NCBI GenBank assembly: GCA_965644495.1
Contig: CBFFSA010000001.1
Location: forward strand, 1,612,001-1,676,000
Reading direction: 5' to 3'
Length of the DNA: 64,000 bases
DNA from: Perkinsela sp. CCAP 1560/9
Lineage: Eukaryota > Protista > Euglenozoa: Kinetoplastea
The notes under the pieces are model-generated. The model worked only from the letters and a program-made list of their open reading frames with translations. It searched no databases and was not told the origin of the DNA. The position numbers and the translations under genes are program-made. Positions 23,723-34,887 of the stretch are shown here, one piece after another (position 1 is the first letter of the stretch; the number at the start of each line of letters is the position of its first letter).

Positions 23723-26569
23723 TAAGCGAAACGGGCTGGACCACCCGTGTTGTTCAATGCAACCTCCGCAGAGGCTGTATCGAGGCAAACCCAGGTCCAC
23801 GTTCTAAGACGAGGAGGGCCCGGAGGGAGACCCAAACTGTCCTTACCCCCGGCGCTACAACCCCTACCCCGGGTGGGGAAGGTACTATTATGGAGGGAAT
23901 CGCGGCCTCTACATCTCCTCGTAGCCCCTCCCGTCAGGAATGCGAGTGCCCCACCTCTCCTCCGCCGCCTTACCCCCATCTAGCTGGGACGGACCCCCCC
24001 TACAAGGCCCCCAGTGTCACGCCCCCCAATACCCAAGGCGCGGTGACGGAGCGGGGTGACATCACGCCCTCCCCGGACAGCCTGGCACAGCTCCTTGAAA
24101 GGGGCTCGCTGCGTACCCTATACGCAGTTCAATGCCCTGCCTGGAAGGATTACACTAAGTCTGTGTGTAGCAACTTCCTGGGGAAGTCGTATGAAGGCAA
24201 AATTAAGATCGCCTGGGATCTACTCCTCGGGGTTAAACGGTTTCTGTTTTTCCCCGAGGACAAACTGTCCCAGAGGCAGCTGGCTAGGGAGCTTCGCAAA
24301 CGGGCTCACCTCGAGGGGTCGGAAACCATAGCTCCGATCCCCCTCCCCACCAACAGCTTCCCCCGATCCGTCATCAAACGGGTAATAGAGCTGATTCGGG
24401 CGGGGGCTTTCTCCAGGGCGGCCAAAATTTTGGAAGCCCCCCTCGATCCGCCGGCAAATCCGGCGACGGCGGGGGAACAGGCGAAACGCCTCCACCCAGC
24501 GGGAGGTCCATGTAACACCCCCAAATTTGTCTATGACAAAGTCATACATTGACCCCTCCCGTCGGCGGCGGATGTTGCCCGGCAACAAGCCTGGCGCCGC
24601 TTAGAGCGCCAGGCCCGTCCGGATGGACAAAGGAACTCCTGGTCCCCATCCTTCAGGAGGACGACCCGAGGGACGTGGTCACTTGGATCATCCAAAGGGT
24701 CCTAACCAACTCCCTCCCCCCCACGATGAGGGATTTTCTCACCGGAGCAAACCTCAAACTTTTTCAATAAGCCTGGGGCCCCGGTGGGACATCACTCATC
24801 CTACAGGCCCATAGCCATGGGGGAGGTCCTACTGAAGCTCGCGGGGCTACTGGCCCTCGAGCAGGTCAGGGACCATCTCACAGCAGTGTTTCAGGGCCTT
24901 CAATTTGGAGCCCAATACACCCAAGGCTGTGAGCATGTCATATACGAGGTGAGAGATCACTTTCCTGACAGGCCTGACGAGGTGGTCGTGGCGGCCGACT
25001 TGGAAAATGCTTTCAACAGCATTTCACGCGCGGCCATTTTCCGCGCCCTAAAAAGGTACCCTAACCTATCCCCAATGATAGGGATCTCCCTTTTCGGGTT
25101 GCCTTAAGCTATGGGCATATCTCGACGATATAACCATAGCCGCGGAACCCGAGGTGTGCGTTAAGGCCCTTGGCTCCTTGGAAAAGGAGACCAAGTTTAT
25201 GGGTTTAAAGCTCAACATGGCCAAGTGCAAGGTGGCTACCCGCCACCCAGGCCTGTACTCGGCTTTCTCGGGGAGCCGGATGCAACACGGTCCGGGGGGA
25301 CTGAAACTTCTGGGGGCGTACATTGGCGCCTCGGAAGCGCGGGAAGAGGAATGGGTCCTCTCCAAGGTCCCCAAGGTCACTAATTTCTTGGGTAAACTCA
25401 AGGATTTACCCAGACAGTGCGCCCTCCCTCTCCTCCGCATTTGCGGGAGCCCCCGGTGGAACTACATAGTTCGCACGCACGAACCGGGGGTGACCAAAAA
25501 GGCAAACCTTCAGGTGGACGCGGCCATCACCGCATGCTCCGAAGCTCTTATCGGGGGGATGGGTGCAATGGGAACGACGCCGTTCGTAAATAAACTTTTT
25601 ACGGCGGACTTCCTGGGCACCATCCCCTTCGAAGACAAAGCGGAGGACATGCAGGCAATAGCAGTCAATGCCTTACAAGGCCAGCCCCCCGGCACCCCCG
25701 CCAGGGAGCAGAGACACGCCTATCGGGCGGCGGCTATGGACAAGGCACCGTCGGCCACGCATCTGGTCTGCATGCGCCAGATCCAGAACACCCACTCCAC
25801 CAAGTGGATGAACGCGTGGCCGAACAGGCCGGAGTACTACATGCGGGATCCCGAATGGGAGACCGCCGCTAGACTCCGGTACATGGTGGCACCCACCTCC
25901 GAACCAGAAATCCAATGTGTGTGTGGCGCGGCCCTCAAAAATGAGGAGTTCTGCGTCCACACCATGGATTGTAAAAAGGTTCGGGGGAAACACAAGCCTC
26001 TCGCCACAAGGGGGTCAAGGAAACTTTCCGCCTACCTACTAATCCAGTACGGATTCTCCCCAGACCTAGTCGAACCTAGATTCGATAACGGTCGGGGACC
26101 GGACATTTGTTTCCTTTTGGGGCGGAAACTAGTCCTAGTGGACGTGACGGTGGTAAACCCACTGGCCCCGTCCTACGTGGATAAGGAGGCAGCTGAGCCC
26201 TCCTTCACCGTGAGACAGGCTGAGCGCCTCAAAAGGCGCACTCACGAGGAAATGGCGGGGGCCAGGGAGATGGATTTCTTCCCGCTGGCCTTCACCACGT
26301 ACGGTGTCCCCGGCCCCGAGACCCTCCAGTTTCTAAATCTGGTCGCTCGGAAGGCCACCGGCGAGAAGAATGGTTGCCTCAGCCATTTTATCATGGCTAT
26401 CGGGGTAGCCATCCAAAAGGGGAACGCCCAGATAGCGCATACCGCGGTACAAAACTGGTACCGTAGGGGCGTGCGCTAATGGGCTCGGGGGACGACAAAA
26501 AAACAAAAAAAAAAAAGAAGATTGGATCCGCCGAACGAACGCGATCGTAGGTGGCAAGAAGCATGGCAA

Positions 26570-27480
26570 GAAGCCACCACGTAGGAGAGAGCCGTTGTCA
26601 ATATTTTGACCCACAACTGTCGGCATCGGTGCGGGACGTCCTTGCATGTGCTTATTGGGTTCGTACAAACTGTCTCCAGTGGTGGTAGGCTGTCTGTGCC
26701 CTGTACGTCATAGATGGCCTCGCCAAGGCACTCTAATGGCTGTGAGGGTGGGGGTGCTTTCACAACTTGCCCTTTGCAGTGCTTCGAATGTGAAGTTAAT
26801 TTGTTGACGTCGCAATGCCGACCGCATGCGTTGCAGTGAAATCGCCCCTCTTTTGCCCACCATTCGCTAGATATATTGTTCCCATGCCGATAAGCGACGT
26901 GGTTGTAGTAAGATTGCCATTGGCCTCCATGAACCGGGGTTGTCCAGATGCAGTTTTCTGCAGGGCACTCTCTTTGTCCAGGATGATATTGGGAGAAAAT
27001 AATCGCCGGAGCCCTCGTCTCCTGTATAATTTCAGGGGCTGAAACTTGTGTCCTCATGTCCGAGGGGTAGTCGTGGTATGATAGGTGTGGAGTGTTAGGT
27101 TCCGTAGGTTCCCCTTTTCTGGGTGTGGTTTTCTCTCGCCCTTTTTGATGGGATTTAGTGATTCCTCGAATGTGCCCTTTAGCGCTTGGAGGTACGGTAG
27201 ATGATTTGCGTCGAGCGAACTTTTTTATTACGGAGTCACCTTCAGACTGCGTCTCTTGGGTGCCATGGTCTGCTCTGGTGAGGACGCGTGAAGGATTGGT
27301 TTCCTCGTCGCCACCATCTTCATGTCCTGTGTCAGGTGTTTGTTTCTCGGTTGAAATCAGGGCAGCATTTTTGCACCATCCGTCTGGAATATTCGCAAGA
27401 ATGGGTGTTGTATAGATCAACTCGTTATACTTACTGTTTCCCTGAGCAAGGGAGTGGAACCAAGAGATGTACGCAAAGGA
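26570..27480 (-). mobile_element. RLE non-LTR N-terminal region with Zn fingers (likely 5' part of the 17450-19380 element)
   Basis: CPAENC..H....H, CNACG..H..HC, LPPLETVC..KDVPHRCR. Confidence 0.65.
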
Positions 27481-27489
27481 ATGGGACAT

Positions 27490-27700
27490 CCCCAGTCGCC
27501 GCATGGCGCTCAACCCATCGCTTTACAGTGCCTTCGTGCACTCCAAAGTTCTGAGCTGTTCGGGAGAAAGACTGTGTTTGCTCATAGTCTGCTACTAAAA
27601 GCATTCTATGACTCTCCTTGAGCTTTGCAGGAGAAGAATAGGATCGAGCAGAGAGTGCACCGCGCGATGTCCTCGAGCGAACTCGCTTTTGTGGCATAAA
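27490..27700 (-). mobile_element. Tc1/IS630-type HTH fragment
   Basis: TAQNFGVHEGTVKRWVERHAATGDV. Confidence 0.55.
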
Positions 27701-27942
27701 AAGGGGAAAAAAGAAAAACTGCAGAATTTTCACACAAAAAAAACAATGTTTTTTTCCACAGGATTAAATCGTTTAACTTGAGCGGTCCGAATAAGCCAAA
27801 GACATACAACTCTGAGAGAGCTCTCGAATGCGCTATTATTTTACAAAATTGAGCAAATTTTACAAATTTTAGACCCCCCAGGTTCAAGTACCACCCACTG
27901 TATGTACAAAAATATTGTGCTTCACTCGTCATGCATAGCATG

Positions 27943-28273
27943 TAGATTGTAGATTGTCCAGGCTTTTATCCTACGAAGGATCTAGCCTCCCCTGAGAAAG
28001 CAGGGGAACTTGGGGGAAGGTGCCTCGTCGCATGACTACCTAAACTCTTTCGAATTTGGTAATGGTATGCAAATCGCCGTGAAGCGACTACACACTTAGG
28101 TCCGCAGAGCGTAGGGCAACCTTCCCCGGGCACGTGGAGAGCTGAGCCCTCGCCATTCGGGACGAACTGGGTGTTACACCGGTTTGTCCCGAACGCCCCA
28201 CGTTTCCCAAAGAGAAAAGGAACCGGCTTGCTGGCACAGTTCGGGAGTGTCGAGTATTAGCTTCAACGGTTAG
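27943..28273 (-). mobile_element. Structured SINE-like element A
   Basis: 15-bp TSD GTCATGCATAGCATG (27928-42, 28274-88); (ACAATCT)2 tail; homologous to 31039-31383. Confidence 0.8.
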
Positions 28274-28625
28274 GTCATGCATAGCATGACCTTCAGACTC
28301 ACTCGAAACGAAATCATCACCGCTGGTATAGTCTGAGGGACAGCTGCTTGAACTCACACTGTCGTCGAAGTCATCTACGTCCGAGCCGTAGTACTCAAAA
28401 AAACACCCCAAGAGGTTGGAAAGCCGAGTTTGCCAAGCAATCTCTCGCCCGTTGAACGTCCCCCACGTGAACGTCCCCCAACTTCACACACTGAAGGGCC
28501 ACATTTCGCATCAATTCCAAGGAAGAAGCCCCAAAGTTGTAATGCTGCTTCCTCGCCCAGTCTTTGATGATGCGATGCGACCGTTCAGGGGTGTTAGTGT
28601 GAGAGTTCACAAACTCCACGCTATG

Positions 28626-29784
28626 GAGTCTGTGCAAGTCTTGGCTGTCACGAAACGCCACGAACTGTCACGAAACGTCACGCGCCGTCACGAAACGTCA
28701 CGCGTAGCCACATTATCTTGCTTTTTCAAGCTTTTTTAACAGATTTTTTGGAAACAAACTTGATTTGGAAACAAACATGTACTTATTTCAATGTCACTAC
28801 AATCGCCTATTCATCGGCAGCAGTGCCACGGAAAGTGTCCCGTTTCGAATCCTTGCAACAAAAATCCTTACTAGACGCTTGTTGATGAAAAAATACGATA
28901 GATCTTTCTCTCAACTCATCAATCGTTTTTCAAATGCGGTGTACCTTAGTGGGCAATTATATAGTGTCGTTCGTAAATTTTTTACAGGAGACTTGCGACA
29001 AAAATTGGGTTCTAAAATTACCTCCCGCCCAACATTTTGACTCAAAAACAAATTGAAAAATCTTAAAACTGTTTCAATAAACTAACTTTGCACTAAAGTC
29101 CTGACCCTAGATGATGCGTTTCCACCACTTATTTCACCTGAGGACATTTCCTAAGAGCGAAATGTTTGTTGCAATATGGCTGGAACGGCACTAAGAGCTT
29201 GACTCCCTTCACAATCGCACGGCCTAATCGTCCAGCTTTTCGCGTGGGCAAAGTCAGGTTGTGGAATCTTTCCATTCCCAGATGCTGCAAAGTCTTCGAG
29301 AGGCGGGATTGGATATCGAAGCATGCATGCTTCGGAAGGCAATGGAAATTTCGCTTTTCCCGGGAGCCCCGTCTTACTAGAGGACGGTAGGTTTCTGAAG
29401 CCCTTATTTGGTGACCCACAAGGCGCGCTCGATCAATACGATGGATTGTATTGTTATGTAGCGCATTATGGTACAGAGATTCAAGAGGATAACAGAGCCC
29501 GTCCTCATCAATTACTGCGGGGTCGCACGTTTCTCATCTTCGCTGCCGATATCACCATGGATGACGTACATCACCATGGACGACAGTCACTGGGTTGTTG
29601 TGTCGCCGCAAATCAGAGAAATGTATTTTGATTGATTGAGGCGCTCGGCACTGACAAGTGTCAAGTAAACCTCGATCTTGACAGGCGCCAAGTAAACCTC
29701 GATCTTGGTTGTCACGAAACGTCACGAGCCGTCACGCGCCGTCACGAAGCGTCACGAAACGTCACGCGCCGACTGCACAGACTC
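28626..29784. mobile_element. Non-autonomous TIR element with subterminal GTCACGNNNC 10-mers
   Basis: TIR (G)GAGTCTGTGCA; TSD CTATG (or TAT); six 10-mers at each end. Confidence 0.8.
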
Positions 29785-31038
29785 CTATGATTCACAGCGT
29801 GGTGGCGACAAAAGTCCCCCAGAGTGGAATACGCCCCCCAACGGTCACTGACAACCACAGCCCGTGCACTCGTCAAGTGCGGCAGGATGAAGTTATGCAG
29901 CGTTTCCGTGTCTCGGCGCTTGACCAACTTCCAATGGGTTCTTCCCATTTCTTGTCCACGGATCTCCGTGACGGTGGCAAACCACCATCCCCTTTTCCGC
30001 TGCCGCCTCCCACGCTGATACTTTCTCTTTCCAATGAACGTTTCGTCCACTTGGATGCGAGAAAACTCGTGTTGCTCGGACTGCTCTTGGGAAAGCGCAG
30101 CATTGGCCGCGGAGTGTAACACTTCCTGGACAATTTTTCTACCCACCCCTCGGCTGTGGCAGATTTGGTCAGTACAAAGCTGATTCGCAATGTCTGCCCA
30201 AAGAAGTAAAAGGATGGTGGGAGTTAGATGGCTTCGCAAAGAAGCCCCATGTTTATTTGACAGGGGTTCCGCATTCCAGGATCCTTAAACATACAAATCA
30301 TATAATTCTTCCCCGGTACGGACGCCATCTTTTCCGTTCCATGCTTTCGGCACGATGGCGGAGTCAAAAAACCATGGCAGTTTATCCAGCTTTCGTCATC
30401 CGCGCCAAGAGGAATGTCTTGCATACTGCGCCAACGCTTGACACAGTTAAAAGCAGGGCGTCCGTTACAAAGCGGGCGCAACGGCACATCACGCCATAAA
30501 GTTGGGTTGAGGTAACGTGGGTCAGGAGGTACTGCCGGGCCATCTCCTAGAGGTCCTCGCCGGTGTTCTCGGTACGAGAACACCTCGAGAAGAGAAATGA
30601 AACTTCAGAAAAGAGCGTCAGGATCCTGCTGATTGTTGTTGTTATTGTTCATGATGAAAAGCAGAACTGAATAAAAAGGAAGCACTGAGACTAAAAAGAA
30701 TGGGGTTGATCGCATGTTCGTTGAGTCTTTCGCAACATAGGAAAACAATCCTTTCCTGCGAAAGTACAAAATGGGGATCACCAGTCCCACACCTTATAAT
30801 TTCGAGCACTAACGAACAACCGAAGGAGCACAAGACAAGTTACAATTTAATGGAGCTATTTTTCTTTTTGAAAAAACATCGGAAACGGACATCCGAACTT
30901 TCTACCAAACCCCGTTCCGGGTTAATGTACCTGTAGCTCGATATTGTACCGGGGGGGTACAATAAGTGGGAACGCTTGGTTTTATTGTACCCCCCCCTGC
31001 GCAAAATTTAATTGGGTCGGCAGGATTATTTTTCGTTG

Positions 31039-31383
31039 AGATATGGTAGATGATATGGTATAAGGCTTTGTATCCCGTAAAGGGGTGTTGCCTCCCCGGA
31101 GTAAGCCGAGGTAGCTTGGGGGGAGGTCGCTACTCAAAGGTGAGTTTTCACTCGCCTCGGCCGCTGAACAATCCTAATCCTTTTGGGCTAGGACTTCGCA
31201 TTGTAATCATACAATTACGTACGAGTGTTCCACACGTCCTAGTGTCGCCTCCTCCGGGCACGTGGAGAGCTAAGCCCTCGCGATTCGGCAAACTGGGTGC
31301 CAGCCCTGGTTCATTCCGAACGCCCCACGTCTCCCGAAGGAGAGATTAGCTCGAACGGCTTGCTGGCATAGTTCGGGAGTCTC
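31039..31383 (-). mobile_element. Structured SINE-like element B
   Basis: Aligns to element A with compensatory stem changes; UUCG and GAAA tetraloops on the minus strand; TACCATATC tandem tail. Confidence 0.75.
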
Positions 31384-31389
31384 AAAAAA

Positions 31390-31725
31390 AAATATCAGAA
31401 TATATTGCATCGCCGCAGGATGGATCACCCGAACACACATCTGCTGTGTATGGAGGTGGGTGTAAGAGGATTGCCGGCTTCCTCTCTTCGGCAGGTAGCC
31501 CGCCTTTTTGGGAGTGACAAAGGGCTGTCCACGGAATGCCAACTTGAAGCCATACGCGAAGCAATTCGTAGTAGCTTTGTTATTTGGCTAAACCGGGAAT
31601 CACCCGACTGGAAAGGGGGCGGCTAGGCTAGTAAAACAGCCTATGCGGGGTCGTCGTATGCGACCGTAGCATAGGTAGAAATTTACCTCTGCAGATCTAA
31701 ATATGATTCTGTATTGAATAAACAC
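31390..31725 (+). mobile_element. HERO/NeSL-like RLE LINE 3' end
   Basis: MEVGVRG...AIRSSFVIWLNRESPDW, then a hairpin-rich 3'UTR and AATAAA. Confidence 0.65.
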
Positions 31726-32075
31726 CTTAGCTTCAACGGACCAAGTCTTCTAGGGGATTATACCCTCGAGCGGACTGGCTCCTCAGCTTCAAAGGGATTC
31801 AAAGGCAGCTTCAAAGGGCTCCTCAGCTTCAACGAGCTCGTAGCTCTCCGAATTCTGACCCTAACCCCGTTATCATGGGCTAGTTGCAAGCCGCACCAAA
31901 GGATGAAGAAAAAAAACACTCCAAAGTTTAGCGTGGATGGCGCATAAGTCGTTTTATGCGTTTTTATAGTTTAATTTTCGTCTACCTTTTGTCTTTTTAC
32001 GAGGGGCCGTTTTTAGTCTATAATCATCGATTAGTATCTATCAGCATCGATTAGTATCTATCAGCCTTAGTATCT

Positions 32076-32785
32076 ATCCCACCTGTGTTTTGGTTTTCTT
32101 TGTGTTGATCGTTATTCCCCATCGGTTAATTGTTTGTAGTGTATCATTTATCGTGCTTTGCAAATCGTTGTGATCATCTGACCAAAGGACAAGGTCATCT
32201 GCGTACGCAAGCAGTCCAAAGACATCGATTCCCGTTACTCTGTCGCCTCGATTGATCATTCCTCTGGGTAACCGCCGCTGAATCTTTATTCCTGGGTTAT
32301 TAAACTGTGTGGCCTTTCCTAATGACTGATTCAAAAATTGCATTGAATATAATAATATAATCTAATATGTTCTACAACATACAATCTAATATGAAGCTCT
32401 ATGTTATGATATGAACATCCTGAATCATTGAATCATTGATATGAACAACACTATCAATGTTCTACAACATACAATCTAATATGAAGCTCATGGGACATGC
32501 CTGTTTGAGCCCATCGGCTATCTCTATTTTTTCACTCCTAGTACCGTCGCTCATCACGACGCTTGCAGTGGTTCTAAAGCATGTTGCTTTTATGAGTTCC
32601 AATAGGTGTCCCCCTATTTGAAGTTTCTTGAGAACCGCCCAGGCTGCTTCACACGGCATTGTATCGTAGGCTTTTCAAGGTCTAAGTAAGCGAGATACAA
32701 CGGCAGGTTGTGCTTTCTTACTTCCTCGGTGACTCTTCTGAGAGTAAAGACGGCATCGTCTATACCTCTCTTTTTTGGGCGAAGG
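32076..32785 (-). mobile_element. RTE-like (APE-class) LINE RT fragment
   Basis: DAVFTLRR, YLDL-KAYD, GLKQACPMS, LAYADDLVL, INTKKTK. Confidence 0.8.
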
Positions 32786-34108
32786 TCTAGATGAATGTAC
32801 TGCCCAAGGTACCATTGAGTGTGGTAGCCTGACAGTGCTGCACATCACTCAATGGTGCGAGTAAGAATGCCCTGCTTCAAGGGACCACGAATACTGAACC
32901 GTTCGTTTATTTTTCATACGCTTATAGGTGAAGAATAAAGCCTCACAATGCCCTTAGCCACTCAAAATGGGTGGATTACATGGGGGTCTGAATTCGCCAG
33001 GGATGAACGGGGGAGGAGACCTCGCGTCGTAAGTTGACAAATATCCCCTCTGTTAATGAGATTTTCACGATTTTAGAATGTACAGCCCATTAGGCGCACC
33101 TCGGAGCTCCCGAACACATACAAAGAACATCTAAAAAGAACGATTGCGAGTCGCGCAACTCGATTCACAGGTGTTATGTAGCTCTAAAGTCAGGCAAATA
33201 GGAATGAGCAAGCATACCACAAGGTTAAGTCATTCTTCGGTCGACAACATGCGTAGGCGCATATAGACATCAATCAAGGCGCAAGAAAGAATTCCGCTTG
33301 TACTAATTTAAAGGTACATACTTCGTTTTTATGCATAAGTAAGAGGATTGAAACCTGTCAGGTTTTGCCTGGACACCTATTTTGGGGGGGTCACTTTGGG
33401 AGGCGTGCCCCGGCTTCAATAAGGGGCATTTTGTGAAAAACATGATCATTGCTATCCTCATAGCATGATAAATGCTGCCCATGAAATATATGCATTATCA
33501 TATATGATATTATATTATAATATAATAATATATTAATATTATATTATAATATATATATTTATAAATGAATGATACATGCCCATGAAATGCTATCAGGCAC
33601 GATATCATGCTACATCATGATATGCACATGATGCATATCTTTGGTATTTTCAGTGCAGCAGTCCGTATAATAATTGAATTACCCTTAGCCTATAATTGAG
33701 CTACCGTTAGCATGATAAGTCGGAAGGACATATGGGGGTACGCAATACTCAGGGGTACGTAGTTTGAGTTGGCAGTGCGCGGTGTACCAGTGTATTGTTC
33801 AGATTTGTTTAGTCTGTTTCGGTTATCCTGACACATACAGTATATTTGGTTATTAGTCAACTCAAGATAAACTTTATGTACCAAAAAAACAAGAGTCGAA
33901 CACTTTTTAAGTCGACTAATATAGTTCGGGTGACAAGTACTGAAGGGTACAGTGAATTAGTGGAAAGTTCAGTGCGATGCTCTACATCTTGGAAATATCA
34001 TTCGTGCGCAAACACATTGAGAATTTTTGCTCACATACCGTAACCTTCCGGATACCGCGCCAGTCGATATTACAAGCTTCGAAGAAAGTGAGTTTGTAGC
34101 ATTTCTAG

Positions 34109-34497
34109 GAGCGGAGGTGGCGGAGTGGCAAGAATTCAAAGTTTGAAGCACATGGTGCTCAGACGGCGAGTTCAAACCCGCTCATCGCAATATTCCTGGC
34201 GGCCTCACTCCAAGAGGCTGGGCTGATAACCGACTAGGCCCAGTACTCGGAGGACCGTCCCGGACCCTCCCCTCAGGGAACCAGCTCCCTTACCCGGCTT
34301 ACACCTCTTGGGTAAGCCGTGTTGACGTACAGTTCGTCGACGCAGCGTGTTGGTAACAACACGTTCGTGCCGCCTTGGACAAGTGGAAACTGGTAGAGGA
34401 CGTCGGCCTCGGAACTTCCAAATCTGTCTGTGAAGGGTCTGGCTTGCCAGTGACCATCCGGAGCGATCCGGAATGATTTGGATTTTTTGGATTTTTT
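34109..34497 (+). mobile_element. tRNA-headed SINE (element E)
   Basis: A box TGGCGGAGTGG, B box GAGTTCAAACCC, hairpin-rich body, GATTTTTTG-type tail, 12-bp TSD TAGCATTTCTAG. Confidence 0.8.
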
Positions 34498-34708
34498 TAG
34501 CATTTCTAGTAAATTGGAAGCGACAAGGTTTGGCTTCGCCACGCTTGTATCATGCCGCCTTGGCTCACTGCAAGCTTCAAGCGGCTAAGCACGAAGCTTG
34601 GCTACACGCACGAGAAAGTCAAAAGTTAGTTAAGGGAGCCGGTGTGAATGACGAAAAAAATGAAAAAGGCGTTCTTACATGTGAAATGCTTTGTGAATTA
34701 TGTAACTA

Positions 34709-34887
34709 CTGTCCCCCCCCTTTAAGCGCACCCGGTCAGACCCCCCCGTTTAAGCACACATAGAGTTGAAGGAAAGAGCCCGGCGCCGCGAAGCGGCGCC
34801 AATTCTTTTTTTATGTAGTGATTCAGACCCCCCCCGTTTAAGCGCACTTTTCGCGGAAAACGAGGTGCGCTTAAACGGGGGGGACAG
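34709..34887. mobile_element. pogo-type MITE
   Basis: TIR CTGTCCCCCCC.TTTAAGCGCAC; TA TSD; excision restores the YR frame. Confidence 0.9.

Larger units (their letters stand above)
19477..26517 (+). mobile_element. Near full-length CRE/SLACS-like retroposon, interrupted by pogo
   Basis: C2H2-like CIEC..H..H, APGPSGWTKELL, YRPIAMGE, LQFG, DLENAFNSISR, YLDDITI, RLE GPDI..LVDVTVVNP. A-rich tail at 26496-26516. Removing the pogo rejoins the frames. Confidence 0.9.
27881..30931 (-). mobile_element. Merlin (IS1595/ISXO2-like) transposon with two nested insertions
   Basis: IQVDETFIGKRKYQRGR, VVSDRWGAY. AVNHSVEFVN-HTNT is restored once the 28626-29784 insert is removed. Candidate ends GGTTCAAGTACC / GGTACATTAACC. 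Confidence 0.85.

Noticed and set aside
28225-28240. rRNA 530-loop or RNase P similarity (GTGCCAGCAAGCCG / AACCGGCTT)
   Set aside because: Too short; no other rRNA or RNase P elements; it lies inside a TSD-flanked insert.
21295-30607. Stop-codon reassignment suggested by in-frame TGAs in TE ORFs
   Set aside because: Host genes (SmG, porin, LRR) end normally at TGA, and the same TEs also carry frameshifts.
33480-33640. AT-rich quasi-palindrome as origin or promoter
   Set aside because: Low complexity with no supporting context.
34109-34190. Functional tRNA gene
   Set aside because: Acceptor and anticodon stems pair poorly; it is the head of a TSD-flanked SINE.
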